DNA of 64,000 nt from Candidatus Latescibacterota bacterium (GCA_963422735.1 OY730476.1:320001-384000), one strand, 5' to 3'; shown: positions 30,249 through 40,636, numbered from the stretch's first letter. Notes: generated by a model from the sequence alone, not told the origin. Translations and numbers: made by a program.

Positions 30249-31454
30249 ATGGAAATCATTCCGTTAATTGCCGAACGCGACGTAGCGATGCAACGGGCGT
30301 GGGTCGCACAAAATCGAGATGTACGCACCCAAGCGAAGGCTTGCCTCCTTTTGGGACGCTATTACAAGGAACAAGGTGAACTCGACAAGGCTGAAGCCCT
30401 GTACCGAAGAGCCCTTGCGAAAGCACGGCCGTTGCAGGCACATGAGATGGAAGCCGATGCGTGCAGCGGCTTGGGGCTTATGTACCAAGTCAAGGGACGG
30501 ATGGACGAGGCGGTTGACTATCTCAATAAAGCCTTTGAGATCAATAGGGAATGCCGCGATGAGCAGCGTCTGGCCGTCAACTATAGCAATAGAGGCTTTG
30601 TCGCCCATCTCCAAGGAAAAATTGGAGAAGCACAAGACCTGCACATACGCGCTCAGAAACTTCACGAGGTGTCGGGCAATAGAGCCTATTGGGCGGAAGA
30701 ATGCGGCAACTTGGGTCAGTTGGCACTCCAGCAGAACAAACTGGAGGAGGCCGAGGGCTACTTTCAGCAGGGGCTGAACATTTGTGAAGAATTCGGCGAT
30801 CTGCAAGGTATTTCCGGCCACTATCAAGGCTTGGGACTGGTCTATCTCGGACAGCAGCGTTTGGCCGAAGCCGAAGGCATCCTTAAAAAAGGCCTTGCGA
30901 TCGAGGAGCGGCTCCAGCGCGACGAGGGATTGGCTCATCATTACAGCGTCTTGGGGGGCGTATATAGCCGAGCAGGTCGGTTTAATGAGGCGGAAACCAT
31001 GTACCGTCGGACGCTGGCCATCCAACGCAAATTAGGCCATAAACAGTTTGAAGCCCGCACCATAAGCGGTCTGGGGCAGATGCTATGGGAGAAAGGCGAC
31101 CTGCGAGAAGCTACGGCGTCGTTTCAGCAGGCTAGGGCACTGTTTGACGCGATCGGAGACAACAAAGGCGGGGCGGTACAAGCGGCTCTTTTGGGCGATA
31201 CCTATATGGACGTTGAAAACTTTCATGCGGCAGAGGGGGCGTATCGGCAGGCGGTGCAGCTATTTGAGAAAGTATCGGACTTGGAGGCCGTAGCCGACGT
31301 TAGAGTTCGTTTGGGGAGGGTCTATGCTTCGAATCAGGCTCCTTATGATGCCTTGCTTCAGTGGCGGCAAGCACTGGAATTATACCGCGAACTCCAGCTA
31401 GACGACCGGGTTGAGTTCGTAGAAGAGCTTCTGAGGACGAGCGGCAGAACGTAA
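30249..31454 (+). CDS. Tetratricopeptide-repeat protein, no signal peptide
   Basis: About nine TPR-like units (LG..Y..G...EA...Y..AL). Confidence 0.9.
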   Translation: MEIIPLIAERDVAMQRAWVAQNRDVRTQAKACLLLGRYYKEQGELDKAEALYRRALAKARPLQAHEMEADACSGLGLMYQVKGRMDEAVDYLNKAFEINRECRDEQRLAVNYSNRGFVAHLQGKIGEAQDLHIRAQKLHEVSGNRAYWAEECGNLGQLALQQNKLEEAEGYFQQGLNICEEFGDLQGISGHYQGLGLVYLGQQRLAEAEGILKKGLAIEERLQRDEGLAHHYSVLGGVYSRAGRFNEAETMYRRTLAIQRKLGHKQFEARTISGLGQMLWEKGDLREATASFQQARALFDAIGDNKGGAVQAALLGDTYMDVENFHAAEGAYRQAVQLFEKVSDLEAVADVRVRLGRVYASNQAPYDALLQWRQALELYRELQLDDRVEFVEELLRTSGRT

Positions 31455-31462
31455 AGGACAAA

Positions 31463-33943
31463 ATGATGTTCAAAGCGATGCGGCAGCGGACAGTAGCCGG
31501 ACTCTTCAAGGTCATCAGCCGTCTTGAGGAAACGGAACGCTTGCGTCGTCTAGAGCGAGACCGAGTTTCAATACTGATCTTTTTTCACGGTTTTGATCGC
31601 GTTTCCGCGCATCGTGCTTTGGTAGTGGGTACGACGCTCCGCCGCCGAGGATACCGAGTCGAGTTTGCGGGCACGGGTTCGTTTGCCGACCAGTTCCGGC
31701 AAGCGGGCTTCCCACTGCACGACCTCGACACGCCGATACAAGACTTGGGAGCAGTACTGGATTTTGGCGCGAATGAAGCAGACTACCATACATTCATCAA
31801 TCAAAGCGTGGAAGCCGAGCGAGCGCTGATTGGTCGCTTGAAGCCCGACCTCGCAATAGTGGACTCCCGTCCCACGCTGCGCTTGGCGGCGACATTGGAA
31901 GGGGTTGATGTGGTTTGGATAAAGTCGGCCTATACTATGCCCGAATACTCCTACCCTATTCACTCACCTGATTTCATGCGTACTTGGGATGATATAATTA
32001 AACGTACCCATCGAGAATGGGCTTATGGGGTGACATGTAGGGAACTGTACCTGCTCTGCGATATTCCAGCGGTTCATCCACTGGGACCGGAGACGCCTGC
32101 CAACTACTTCTTCGTCGGGCCGCTACTCGAGGGGCTCGATGCGGAGGAGCAAGGTGCGGTGGAGCGGGAGGGGGTGTACTGGGATCTCAGAATGTTGGGA
32201 GCCGATTGGCCCTCCATTCAAGAGGCCCGGCAAAAGCTGGCAATGAAAGGGATTCGGCAGTGGGTGATTCCACCTGTTGGGGCGCGTATCGACCCAATAG
32301 AAAACTGCGAGATCGTCGATCCTAATTTTTTGCGGCAGGCCGCCTCCCAAGCGGCTGTCTTTGCCGGCGGCGGAGATCCCGGTTTCTTTTACCAAGCTCT
32401 ATTCAAGGGCATACCGGTCATTGGGCTTCCCACGAATGATACGCAAGAGTACTTCATCAACCGCCTGCAAGCACTGGGGCTGGGTATCAAATTGAGCTAC
32501 CGAGATTTCACCCGACCGGCGGCTCTCGTGCAAAGCGTTGAGGGGCTGTTAAATCACTATGCGATATTCGCTAGACGATGCTGTGCTCTCGCCGGTGATA
32601 TACGGGAATGGCAGGACGCAAATCGCGTCGCGGATATAGTTGATGTGTACTGGATGAGTCGTACGGAGGAACGCCGAATAGATTCGCATTATCAGATGAG
32701 CCAACGCGACTTTGCCCGGCAGTTGTCAGTGAGCACACTGCTCCGCGACGAGCAAATTGAAGAGATGCTTGAGAACGGGCGAAATCGCCAGATGCCGCAT
32801 GAAGTGCGACAAGACGGTATCTGGTACGATCGCCTCGATTCGTGGAACTGGCTGTACGACCACGACGCTCGCTTTTTTGCGTGTGATTACGAGGCGCGTG
32901 AGGAGATGCGTTCGTTCTTCATTCACAAAGAAAAGGGTGCACTCCATTCAGCCATGGAAAGCCAGCGCTTGCTGCTGACGTACACCTTCACCTTGTCTGC
33001 GGCCGAGGATACAACACACGATGCGCGGATATTTCTGCCCTACCCAATAACCACCGACTTTCAGAAGGATATAAAGCTGCTATCTTGCCATCCTACGGGG
33101 ATGCAAGAACACTTTTTGCCACACTCGGGTTTTTTCTATGGCTACCCTACCGGTTGTGATTTTAGCTCCGGTAAGGCATATACGTTTTCTTACGAGTGTG
33201 AATTGACGGTTTATTCGAGAGTGATGGGTGCTACCGGGACAATGGAGACGATCACGTCCGAACAGTTCGAGCTCTACACCATCGTTGATAAATCCTTGGC
33301 CGAACATCCACTCGTCCGCCGTTGTTGGGAGGATGTGGGCATAGACGAAGGGTTGAGCGACGTAGAAAAAGCCCGTCTATTATATGGTTACTTGGCCAGA
33401 AATAAGCACTTCAAGAAAACCAAAGATAGCTGCCAATGCTATCCGTGTAGCACCCTAAAAGCACTGGCGGACGACGGGGGACATTGTATTACGTTATCCC
33501 GTGCCTTTATTGCTCTTTGCCGTCTGCAAAACATACCCGCCCGCGAGCAGGCCGGAGCCATAGCAGTCAACCCGCTAGGGTCGAGCCGGTACGAGAACCG
33601 GACGTATAACGAAGTGGTGTTTGGGCACACGTGGGCTGAAATTTTTATCTCGGGTCTCGGATGGATCCCTGTGGAATTTCACGGTATCAGTATTGGTACT
33701 CCAGCACTCACGGAGATCAATGTGCAAAGTGAGGCATTGCGCCATAAGGTCTGGGAGAATAGCGAGCCGTATTTTGACTTTTACTTTGGCCATTTGGACT
33801 GCTTCCACATCGTATGCTCAAACGCTGTCGCCAAGGAAATACCACAAGTCCTTATATGTGAAGATACAGATAATGGCTTCCCCCGCGTTCATCAACTGGA
33901 TTCTCTGAGGGAGGAATGCCGCTTAGTCTTTGAATGTATATAA
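31463..33943 (+). CDS. GT-B glycosyltransferase (GT1/MGT-like) fused to a transglutaminase-like domain
   Basis: N-half: AHRAL..LRRRGYRVEF, LKPDLAIVD, FVGPL, QALFKGIPVIGLP..TQE; C-half: GGHCITLSRAFIALCR..IPARE, GHTWAEIF..GWIPVE. Confidence 0.8.
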   Translation: MMFKAMRQRTVAGLFKVISRLEETERLRRLERDRVSILIFFHGFDRVSAHRALVVGTTLRRRGYRVEFAGTGSFADQFRQAGFPLHDLDTPIQDLGAVLDFGANEADYHTFINQSVEAERALIGRLKPDLAIVDSRPTLRLAATLEGVDVVWIKSAYTMPEYSYPIHSPDFMRTWDDIIKRTHREWAYGVTCRELYLLCDIPAVHPLGPETPANYFFVGPLLEGLDAEEQGAVEREGVYWDLRMLGADWPSIQEARQKLAMKGIRQWVIPPVGARIDPIENCEIVDPNFLRQAASQAAVFAGGGDPGFFYQALFKGIPVIGLPTNDTQEYFINRLQALGLGIKLSYRDFTRPAALVQSVEGLLNHYAIFARRCCALAGDIREWQDANRVADIVDVYWMSRTEERRIDSHYQMSQRDFARQLSVSTLLRDEQIEEMLENGRNRQMPHEVRQDGIWYDRLDSWNWLYDHDARFFACDYEAREEMRSFFIHKEKGALHSAMESQRLLLTYTFTLSAAEDTTHDARIFLPYPITTDFQKDIKLLSCHPTGMQEHFLPHSGFFYGYPTGCDFSSGKAYTFSYECELTVYSRVMGATGTMETITSEQFELYTIVDKSLAEHPLVRRCWEDVGIDEGLSDVEKARLLYGYLARNKHFKKTKDSCQCYPCSTLKALADDGGHCITLSRAFIALCRLQNIPAREQAGAIAVNPLGSSRYENRTYNEVVFGHTWAEIFISGLGWIPVEFHGISIGTPALTEINVQSEALRHKVWENSEPYFDFYFGHLDCFHIVCSNAVAKEIPQVLICEDTDNGFPRVHQLDSLREECRLVFECI

Positions 33944-34195
33944 GGGAGCTGACGTTACGCAGTGCTTTGTCGCGGACGAACCAGTCCATCAGGTGGTCCC
34001 CCGCCGGTGGCCCCCGCTGGATGTCACGCCTAAAGGCGCGGTGAAGCCTGCTTCCGCAGGAAGGATCCTCGCCCGGACCGAGGTTCGAGCCCAAGGCTCG
34101 TCATTCCCTCGAAAGTGGGGAGGCAGCGGGGGGAGGCAGGGCGAAACCACGCCTTGGGCGGTAAACTGCGTAACGCCAGTAAGGGAGCGAGCTCA

Positions 34196-35239
34196 ATGGA
34201 TATTTCTGTCGTCATCGCTACACACAATCAGCGCGATCGGTTGCGGCTTGTGTTAAGCGGCTTGGCCGTTCAAACATTCTCCGAGGGTCCGTTTGAGGTT
34301 ATAGTGGTGGACGATGGCAGCACGGACGGAACGGGGGAGTTTCTGCGTACATATAAGCAACTTCCCATAAAAGCTATTCCCTTGCATACCAATGTAGGAC
34401 GCGGTCGAGCGCGAAATATCGGTATAGCGGAAGCGCGGGGAGACGTAGTCGCCTTTTTAGATGGAGACGCGCTACCGGATCCCGATTGGTTGGCTCAACA
34501 TTGGCGACTATTTCAGCGCTACAACGGTGTAACAAGCGGGTTCCAGTATTGCTTGCCTTGCTTGGAGTACGTTGAGGATCCGCAAAGTGGTCTTCCTTGG
34601 GAGGACGTTCCGGCCTCGGTTACTCAGAGCATGCGTACGTATCCAGACGAATTTCGGGTGACCGAAGCCATGGTACAGTCCGATTTCGGCGCGATTGATC
34701 GACTGGCTCAAGAGGGTGGGTATCCCTTCCCGGAGTTAAAATTAATGCAAGATCAAGTACAACTGCTCTTTGACAACGTGCCCGATTCGCCGATTGGTTG
34801 GATCAGTTTTTATCCACACAATGCTTCGGCCCCGCGCGTCGCCCTTGAGGAGGTCGGTGGATTTGACGAAGAGCTGCTCCATTCTGAAGGATGGGATTTA
34901 GCCTATCGCCTCATGCGGAATGGCTACAACATGCGCTTTGCAACCAAGGCGCAGAGCTATCACCTGTATCACCACCACGACTTTTTTAGTCCACAGAATG
35001 CGTTCGCAGAATCGCAAAAACGGCGTAGGGCGATAGCCCATATAGTGAAGAAAAACGAGGATTCTCGGCTGTATCTAATCGAATTTTGGCTCGCTTCTCT
35101 ATGGCCGGACTGCCTAATTCCAGAGGAGATGCGCCTCAACAACCTGATGGAATTTCACGAAACGCATCAGACTATCTCGTGCGGTGAAATGGCAGAGCGT
35201 ACATTAATGCTCGATCTTCATCCCTTGAGAGGGGCATAA
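34196..35239 (+). CDS. Family 2 glycosyltransferase
   Basis: ISVVIATHN, VVDDGSTDGT, ARNIG, FLDGD, VGGFDEE..EGWDLAYRL, HLYH; ATG 34196. Confidence 0.9.
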   Translation: MDISVVIATHNQRDRLRLVLSGLAVQTFSEGPFEVIVVDDGSTDGTGEFLRTYKQLPIKAIPLHTNVGRGRARNIGIAEARGDVVAFLDGDALPDPDWLAQHWRLFQRYNGVTSGFQYCLPCLEYVEDPQSGLPWEDVPASVTQSMRTYPDEFRVTEAMVQSDFGAIDRLAQEGGYPFPELKLMQDQVQLLFDNVPDSPIGWISFYPHNASAPRVALEEVGGFDEELLHSEGWDLAYRLMRNGYNMRFATKAQSYHLYHHHDFFSPQNAFAESQKRRRAIAHIVKKNEDSRLYLIEFWLASLWPDCLIPEEMRLNNLMEFHETHQTISCGEMAERTLMLDLHPLRGA

Positions 35240-35242
35240 GGC

Positions 35243-36583
35243 ATGAGACGGCCATGGAAGGTTCCGCTGCAAAAAGATAGAAGACTGCAAAGTTGCTTGG
35301 CGCTGTCGCTGGCCTTGCATCTGCTGGCGATGTTTGGCGTCGCGCACCGCGAGCGGGTTACTCAATTCCCTGTCCTCCCGCCGATCATGGTGAAGTTTAC
35401 CAAACGGCCACCGCCGCAGCGCACCCTCACCCGTCGCCAACGGCCCCACCAACGGCCCTTGGTGCGCCGCCCGGCCCTGCAAGCGGCCCCGGTCGAGGCC
35501 GTGCGGCCGGCTCCCTCGGCGGTGCGCCCGCTGCCGGTGTTCCAGACCTCGGCTCCCCGGCTGTCGACGGCTTCGCTGCCGGATCGGGTGGTGTTGCCCG
35601 TGCCGGATTTTCCGGCTCGGCACATTGGCCCGCACCTGCGGGTTGGGGCGTTGGAAGGGACGCGGCAGGGCGCGGACGAGATTGACTTGGGCTTGGAGAT
35701 GATGGATGTGCAGGCGCTGGACACGGGGCGGCACCGGGCGATGGTCGTGGTCGATCCCAAAGATCGGCGCAACCTCAAGGGGTTCCTCTATATGTCCGGC
35801 CTCTACAGCCCTTCCATCGAACGGGCTGAATACAGTGAGCAGGCCGAAAATATACAAGTGCGCTGGTATCACCAGATGCCGCGCCAAATGGTGGAACGGC
35901 GGATGCTGCAAGGGTTAGCCGATAAGATGACTGCCAGTACGCAGGTCCACGTCGAAGTGCGCGACGCGATTCGACTCGACGATCCGCAGCTTTTGCAAGT
36001 CCCCTTCGTGCTGCTAACTGTCAATACCCCCTTTGAGTTTACGGACAGCGAGGCGGCCAATCTAGGGGCGTATTTGACCGGCGGCGGCTTCCTGTTTGTG
36101 GATATTGTCCGCATGTTGTGGAACAATTATAGAGACGACGAATTAGACATTCCCTCGGTGCGTTCCCTCATTCGCGCCGGCTTCCAAGCAGTGGGCTATC
36201 AAGAATGGAAGGATTGGCAGTTTAGCCGCCTAGAGCTAACCCATCCGCTCTATCATTGCTTCTACGATGTAAACAGCCTGCCGCGCGGGATGCGCGATAT
36301 GCACTTTATGGTTGATGACTATCCGCCACGCACGCCGGACTATTTGGAGGGGATCATGGTCGGGGAGCAGTTGGTGGGGGTGTATTCGATGCGGAACTAC
36401 GCGGATTTCTGGGCGGGCATCGGTCGGGAGTTGGTGGATTGGTCTTTGGCGAATAACGTAGTCAACCACTCGGCTCTGGTCAGTGCCGAAGAGCCGTTGG
36501 TCTATGATTTGGGGGTGAATATCGTGGTGTACGCGTTGACGCGGGAGGGATCATTGGCGCGGCAATTAGTCGATGCAGACTGA
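35243..36583 (+). CDS. DUF4159-domain protein with TonB-like N-terminal anchor and Pro-rich linker (copy 1)
   Basis: SLALHLL anchor, Pro/Arg linker, EAANLGAYLTGGGFLFVD, HPLYHCFYD, LGVNIVVYALT. Confidence 0.75.
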   Translation: MRRPWKVPLQKDRRLQSCLALSLALHLLAMFGVAHRERVTQFPVLPPIMVKFTKRPPPQRTLTRRQRPHQRPLVRRPALQAAPVEAVRPAPSAVRPLPVFQTSAPRLSTASLPDRVVLPVPDFPARHIGPHLRVGALEGTRQGADEIDLGLEMMDVQALDTGRHRAMVVVDPKDRRNLKGFLYMSGLYSPSIERAEYSEQAENIQVRWYHQMPRQMVERRMLQGLADKMTASTQVHVEVRDAIRLDDPQLLQVPFVLLTVNTPFEFTDSEAANLGAYLTGGGFLFVDIVRMLWNNYRDDELDIPSVRSLIRAGFQAVGYQEWKDWQFSRLELTHPLYHCFYDVNSLPRGMRDMHFMVDDYPPRTPDYLEGIMVGEQLVGVYSMRNYADFWAGIGRELVDWSLANNVVNHSALVSAEEPLVYDLGVNIVVYALTREGSLARQLVDAD

Positions 36584-36750
36584 GATTGGAGGACATATCA
36601 CCCTCGGGAAACGCTTGATTTTGGGGTCTTTCGACGCCCCGTGAGGCCGGCGCGGATTTTAAGACAGCTTCTAACGTTGAAGGGGGTACTCATCGCACCT
36701 TATTCCGGTTTCACCACAAATTTCAAGTTAATGTACAGAAGGGTGCTGTC

Positions 36751-37241
36751 ATGTTGCCCATTTCCATTTGTGTATGGATGGTGCTGTTGAGTGGCCCTGC
36801 GGCGGCGATCAGGTGGGGTTTTGACGATGGGACGATGCAGGGATGGGGAGCCAAGAAACCTATTAGTGCCGGGGGGATCATCCGTTGTCTGGGGCGGTCG
36901 AAGCGGCGTGTGGCGGATCAATGCCTTTCGCACCGGCGGCCTCAGTGGATCCGGGATCGAATTGATTTCTCCTACGATAGGCTATGATTCGCACCTTTTC
37001 GACCGGGTGCGGGTGCGGTTCCGCACGGTCCATCACAGTCCTACAACAGGAGACGTACTCCTCCGCTGGACCAATGAGCACAACCTCATGTACCCGGGTA
37101 GTGACCCCCTACCGGGAAGGGGTCGGTTTTCTCTTCCCGCAAACGGCACCTACGGCGAGTTGGTATATACGACCGAATGGCAAGAGTTCGAGTTTTCGTT
37201 GGTTGACATGGAGGAGAATTTCTTCTGTGTGATAAGACCCA
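36751..37241 (+). pseudogene. Frameshifted N-terminal remnant of another FG-GAP paralog
   Basis: Signal peptide + IRWGFDDGTMQGW, then in another frame LISPTIGYDSHLFDRVRVRFRTVHH..VYTTEWQE; ends where the regulator block starts. Confidence 0.85.
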
Positions 37242-37291
37242 AGCTGCTGCGGGGAGGGGCCTAAAATCTTCCAAGCACCGAAAGGACGAGT

Positions 37292-40200
37292 ATGAGCGCC
37301 ATATCCTTTGAGCATATGTTGAGCCGCCAGTACACGGTCTTCGATGGGCTGGGTGGGATGCACGTGGAAGACATCTACCAAGACCGCCAAGGCTTTCTCT
37401 GGATCGCCACGGCCGACGGTGGCGTCAGCCGGTTCGACAGTGTGCGCTTCGATACCTTTAACACCAAAGATGGCCTGCCCAATCTGACGGTGATGGCCAT
37501 TGCCGAGGAAGCCGACGGGCGGCTGCTGTTGGGCACGTTTGGCGGGGGGATCGCCGCCTACGACGGGCGCGGCTTTCAGGTGTACACCACCGAGCACGGC
37601 CTGCCTTCCAATGAGATCGTGAGCCTGCAACCGCAGCCGGATGGCTCGATGCTGGTGCTGACCAACGAGGGGGTAGCGTGGTTTGCCGAGGGGGGCTGTA
37701 CAAGGAGCATAACCGATGTTGGCGGCCAACCGTTGGGGCGGGTGTACGATATGGCCACTGACGCGGGCGGCACCACTTGGCTGGCCACGTGGGAGCGAGG
37801 TGTTCTCAGCTTGGATGGGCGGTGCATGGATACCGGCGACCGGGCGGTGCGATGGCCTTGGAAATTCGCCGAAGGTCCCTCTGGCCACCTGTGGATTGCC
37901 TTCCTGTACATGAACCCCGAAACCTTTATCGGCCGCTACGATGCGCGAGACGAGCAGTTCGCATTCATCCATGTGGATTGCGAAGCCGAGAGGGCTGCGC
38001 AGAATGGGGTGCGGCATGTGCGGGTTGACGATAGGGGCTGGCTCTGGCTGGCGCGCCGAGGGGTGGTGGTACACACAGGTCAAGAGTGGCAGCAGGTTTC
38101 CGCCTCCCTGCCCGATATTGACTTTTCGGGTACGCGCCTGACGTACGAGGACCGCGAGGGCAATATATGGATCGGGCTTTGGGGCGGCGGGCTAATTTTT
38201 TGCGATCCGGCCAGCGTCCGGCTCTACACCGAAGCCAACGGCCTGCCGGACCGCGAGGTTCGCCACTTAGGCGAAGATTCTAAGGGGCGGATGTGGATCG
38301 GCACGATGGGGGGCATGGCCTGCATGGAAGAGGGGCAAATCCGTCCGCTCGATCAGTTTGAAACCGTTTCGGCGATGATGGTGGATAGCGCGGGGCAGGT
38401 CTGGAGCGGCGGGGACACCGGCCGGGTGTACAAGTGGGAAGGCCAGACGCCGCGAGCGATCGCCGTGGATGAAGAAATCCACTCCGAAAAAATCACCGGG
38501 CTGTGCCAAGACGGGCAAGGGCGTATATGGATTGGCACGTTCCGCGGCCACTTCGGCTGGGTAGAAGCCCATCGCTTCACCCTCCTCGACGAGTGGGAAG
38601 GCGATGAATGCCGCGCCCTGCTGCGAAACCAAAACGGGGTATTCTGGATTGGTTTCTTCGGCAGAGTCCCGGCACTTTACTGGTACGAGGACGGTCATTT
38701 TCGCCCGGTGAAGATGGACGAGTTGGAGACGATCGTCTATGTCAATGTCTTGTGGGAGCACCAAAATGTCTTGTGGATCGGCACGGCTAAGGGGCTTTTC
38801 GCGCTCGACCACTCGTCGGGGCAGGTGCGCCACTTTACGACCGATCAGTTTGAGCGGTCGGCCAATGGCGTCTTGGCACTGGCGGCCGACCGCCAGGGCC
38901 ATATTTGGATTGGGACCAGTGGTGGGGGTGTGCTGCGCTACGACGGCGAGACCTTCCAAAGCATCCGCTTAGGGCCGTCTGCTCTCGTAAACATAGTCGA
39001 GGCTATTCTATGCGACCGCGATGGCCGGCTGTGGTTTGGGACGCGGGCCGGCTTGGTCGCCTACCAGCCCGGCGACACGCCGCCGCGCTTGGTGATCCGC
39101 GAGGTGATGGCCGGCACCCTCTTAGATGCGCCTGAAGCCGTCTCCTGCTCAGAGAGCATTCCCGAAATCCGCATCCACTTCCAAGGCATCAGCTTCCGCA
39201 CCGGCGTACAGCAGATGCGCTATCGCCACCGCTTGGTAGGCTACGGCCCGGCCGAACCGTGGAGCGCGTTCACCGCCGTCGATGCGGTGGTGTACACCGC
39301 CTTGCCGGTGGGCGACTACCGCTTTGAGGTGCAGACCATAGACCAAGATGGCCTGAAGTCCGAGGTGATCGGCTTGGACGTCCACATCCTCCCCGGCATC
39401 CAAACTGAACGCTTCCGCGCTTTCGGAAAGGCCCTGCGGGCGATCGAGTCTGTTGTGCCGAGCCGCAGTCGGGCCATGCAACAGGTGATGAAAAAAGTCT
39501 CGCAGGTCGCCGGGACCGATATGACCGTGCTGGTGCTGGGCGAGACCGGCACGGGCAAGGGGGTGCTCGCGCAGACCCTCCACGACACAAGCCGCCGCCA
39601 CGGGCATCCCTTTATCCAAGTCAATTGCGGGGCACTGCCCCCCGGGTTGGTCGAGAGCGAGTTGTTCGGCCACGAGAAAGGGGCCTTTACCGGCGCAAAC
39701 ACCCGCCAGATCGGGCGCTTTGAACTGGCCGATGGCGGCACACTCTTTCTGGACGAAATCGGCGATTTGCCGTTGGAATCTCAGCGGGTGCTGCTGCATA
39801 TCTTAGAGGAGAATACCCTGACCCGCGTCGGTGGCGAGCAGTCTGTGCGGGTGGATGTGCGGGTGATTGCGGCGACCAACCTCGACCTACAGCAGGCTAT
39901 CGAGGAGGGCACGTTCCGCAAAGACCTGTTTTATCGTCTGGAGGTCTTCGCGCTTGAGCTTCCGTCGCTGCGGCAGCGGTGCGAGGATATACCGGCTTTA
40001 GCCGCGCATTTTGTGGAGTGGTATGCCCAAGACCTCAAGCGGCCGGTGCCGACGATAGACGACGGGGTGGTCGCGCATTTGCAGGCGTACTCTTGGCCGG
40101 GGAATGTGCGCGAACTGGAGCACGTGATCCACCGGGCGGTCTTGCTGTGCGAGGGTGGTGTGATAGGGGTGGAGGAGGTGGCGTTGCCGGCTGAAGACGA

Positions 40201-40438
40201 GGAGGGGGACGAAAGCCAGTCGCCCCCGCCGGCTGAACGACAAACCGGGGATGCGGCCGAAGAGACGCCGCTTGTCGAAGGCATGGACGAAAAGCAGCAG
40301 ATTGTGGAGGCCCTGCAAGCGACCAATTGGATGATCTACGGCGAGCGCGGCGCGGCCAAACTGTTGGATATGAACCCGGAGAAACTGCGTTCCCGCATGC
40401 GCGTGTACGGGTTGCGGCGACCGAAAAAGTCGTCTTAA
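37292..40438 (+). CDS. Sigma54 enhancer-binding protein with N-terminal two-component-regulator beta-propeller and Y_Y_Y domains
   Basis: Many D..G.LWI(G/A)T..G repeats, YRHRLVG..VYTALPVGDYRFEVQ, GETGTGKG, GAFTGA, FLDEIGD, WPGNVRELEH, C-terminal HTH. Confidence 0.9.
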   Translation: MSAISFEHMLSRQYTVFDGLGGMHVEDIYQDRQGFLWIATADGGVSRFDSVRFDTFNTKDGLPNLTVMAIAEEADGRLLLGTFGGGIAAYDGRGFQVYTTEHGLPSNEIVSLQPQPDGSMLVLTNEGVAWFAEGGCTRSITDVGGQPLGRVYDMATDAGGTTWLATWERGVLSLDGRCMDTGDRAVRWPWKFAEGPSGHLWIAFLYMNPETFIGRYDARDEQFAFIHVDCEAERAAQNGVRHVRVDDRGWLWLARRGVVVHTGQEWQQVSASLPDIDFSGTRLTYEDREGNIWIGLWGGGLIFCDPASVRLYTEANGLPDREVRHLGEDSKGRMWIGTMGGMACMEEGQIRPLDQFETVSAMMVDSAGQVWSGGDTGRVYKWEGQTPRAIAVDEEIHSEKITGLCQDGQGRIWIGTFRGHFGWVEAHRFTLLDEWEGDECRALLRNQNGVFWIGFFGRVPALYWYEDGHFRPVKMDELETIVYVNVLWEHQNVLWIGTAKGLFALDHSSGQVRHFTTDQFERSANGVLALAADRQGHIWIGTSGGGVLRYDGETFQSIRLGPSALVNIVEAILCDRDGRLWFGTRAGLVAYQPGDTPPRLVIREVMAGTLLDAPEAVSCSESIPEIRIHFQGISFRTGVQQMRYRHRLVGYGPAEPWSAFTAVDAVVYTALPVGDYRFEVQTIDQDGLKSEVIGLDVHILPGIQTERFRAFGKALRAIESVVPSRSRAMQQVMKKVSQVAGTDMTVLVLGETGTGKGVLAQTLHDTSRRHGHPFIQVNCGALPPGLVESELFGHEKGAFTGANTRQIGRFELADGGTLFLDEIGDLPLESQRVLLHILEENTLTRVGGEQSVRVDVRVIAATNLDLQQAIEEGTFRKDLFYRLEVFALELPSLRQRCEDIPALAAHFVEWYAQDLKRPVPTIDDGVVAHLQAYSWPGNVRELEHVIHRAVLLCEGGVIGVEEVALPAEDEEGDESQSPPPAERQTGDAAEETPLVEGMDEKQQIVEALQATNWMIYGERGAAKLLDMNPEKLRSRMRVYGLRRPKKSS

Positions 40439-40474
40439 AGAGGATTGCGGCTAACCGAAGAGGCTGCGCTCTTG

Positions 40475-40511
40475 ATACGGAAAGTCGTATAAATCATACG
40501 GAAAGTCGTAT
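40475..40511 (+). promoter_or_regulatory. Putative enhancer (UAS) for cassette 3
   Basis: ATACGGAAAGTCGTAT at 40475-40490 and 40496-40511, 21 bp apart. Confidence 0.75.
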
Positions 40512-40620
40512 GCGGCCTTGCGCCGGTGCCTCATAGGAAGAGCCGTCTCATAATTCTAAGTATCATTTTCTTCAACGCTTTAGGGTCTCCTAAAGCATTT
40601 TTTTGCTCTTCCCTCGTTTT

Positions 40621-40636
40621 GGGCACGGAATGTGCA
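40621..40636 (+). promoter_or_regulatory. Sigma54 -24/-12 promoter of precursor 3
   Basis: GGGCACGGAATGTGCA (GG-N10-GC); IHF-like CTTCAACGCTTTA at 40570-40582, at nearly the same distance as in cassettes 1 and 2. Confidence 0.75.
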
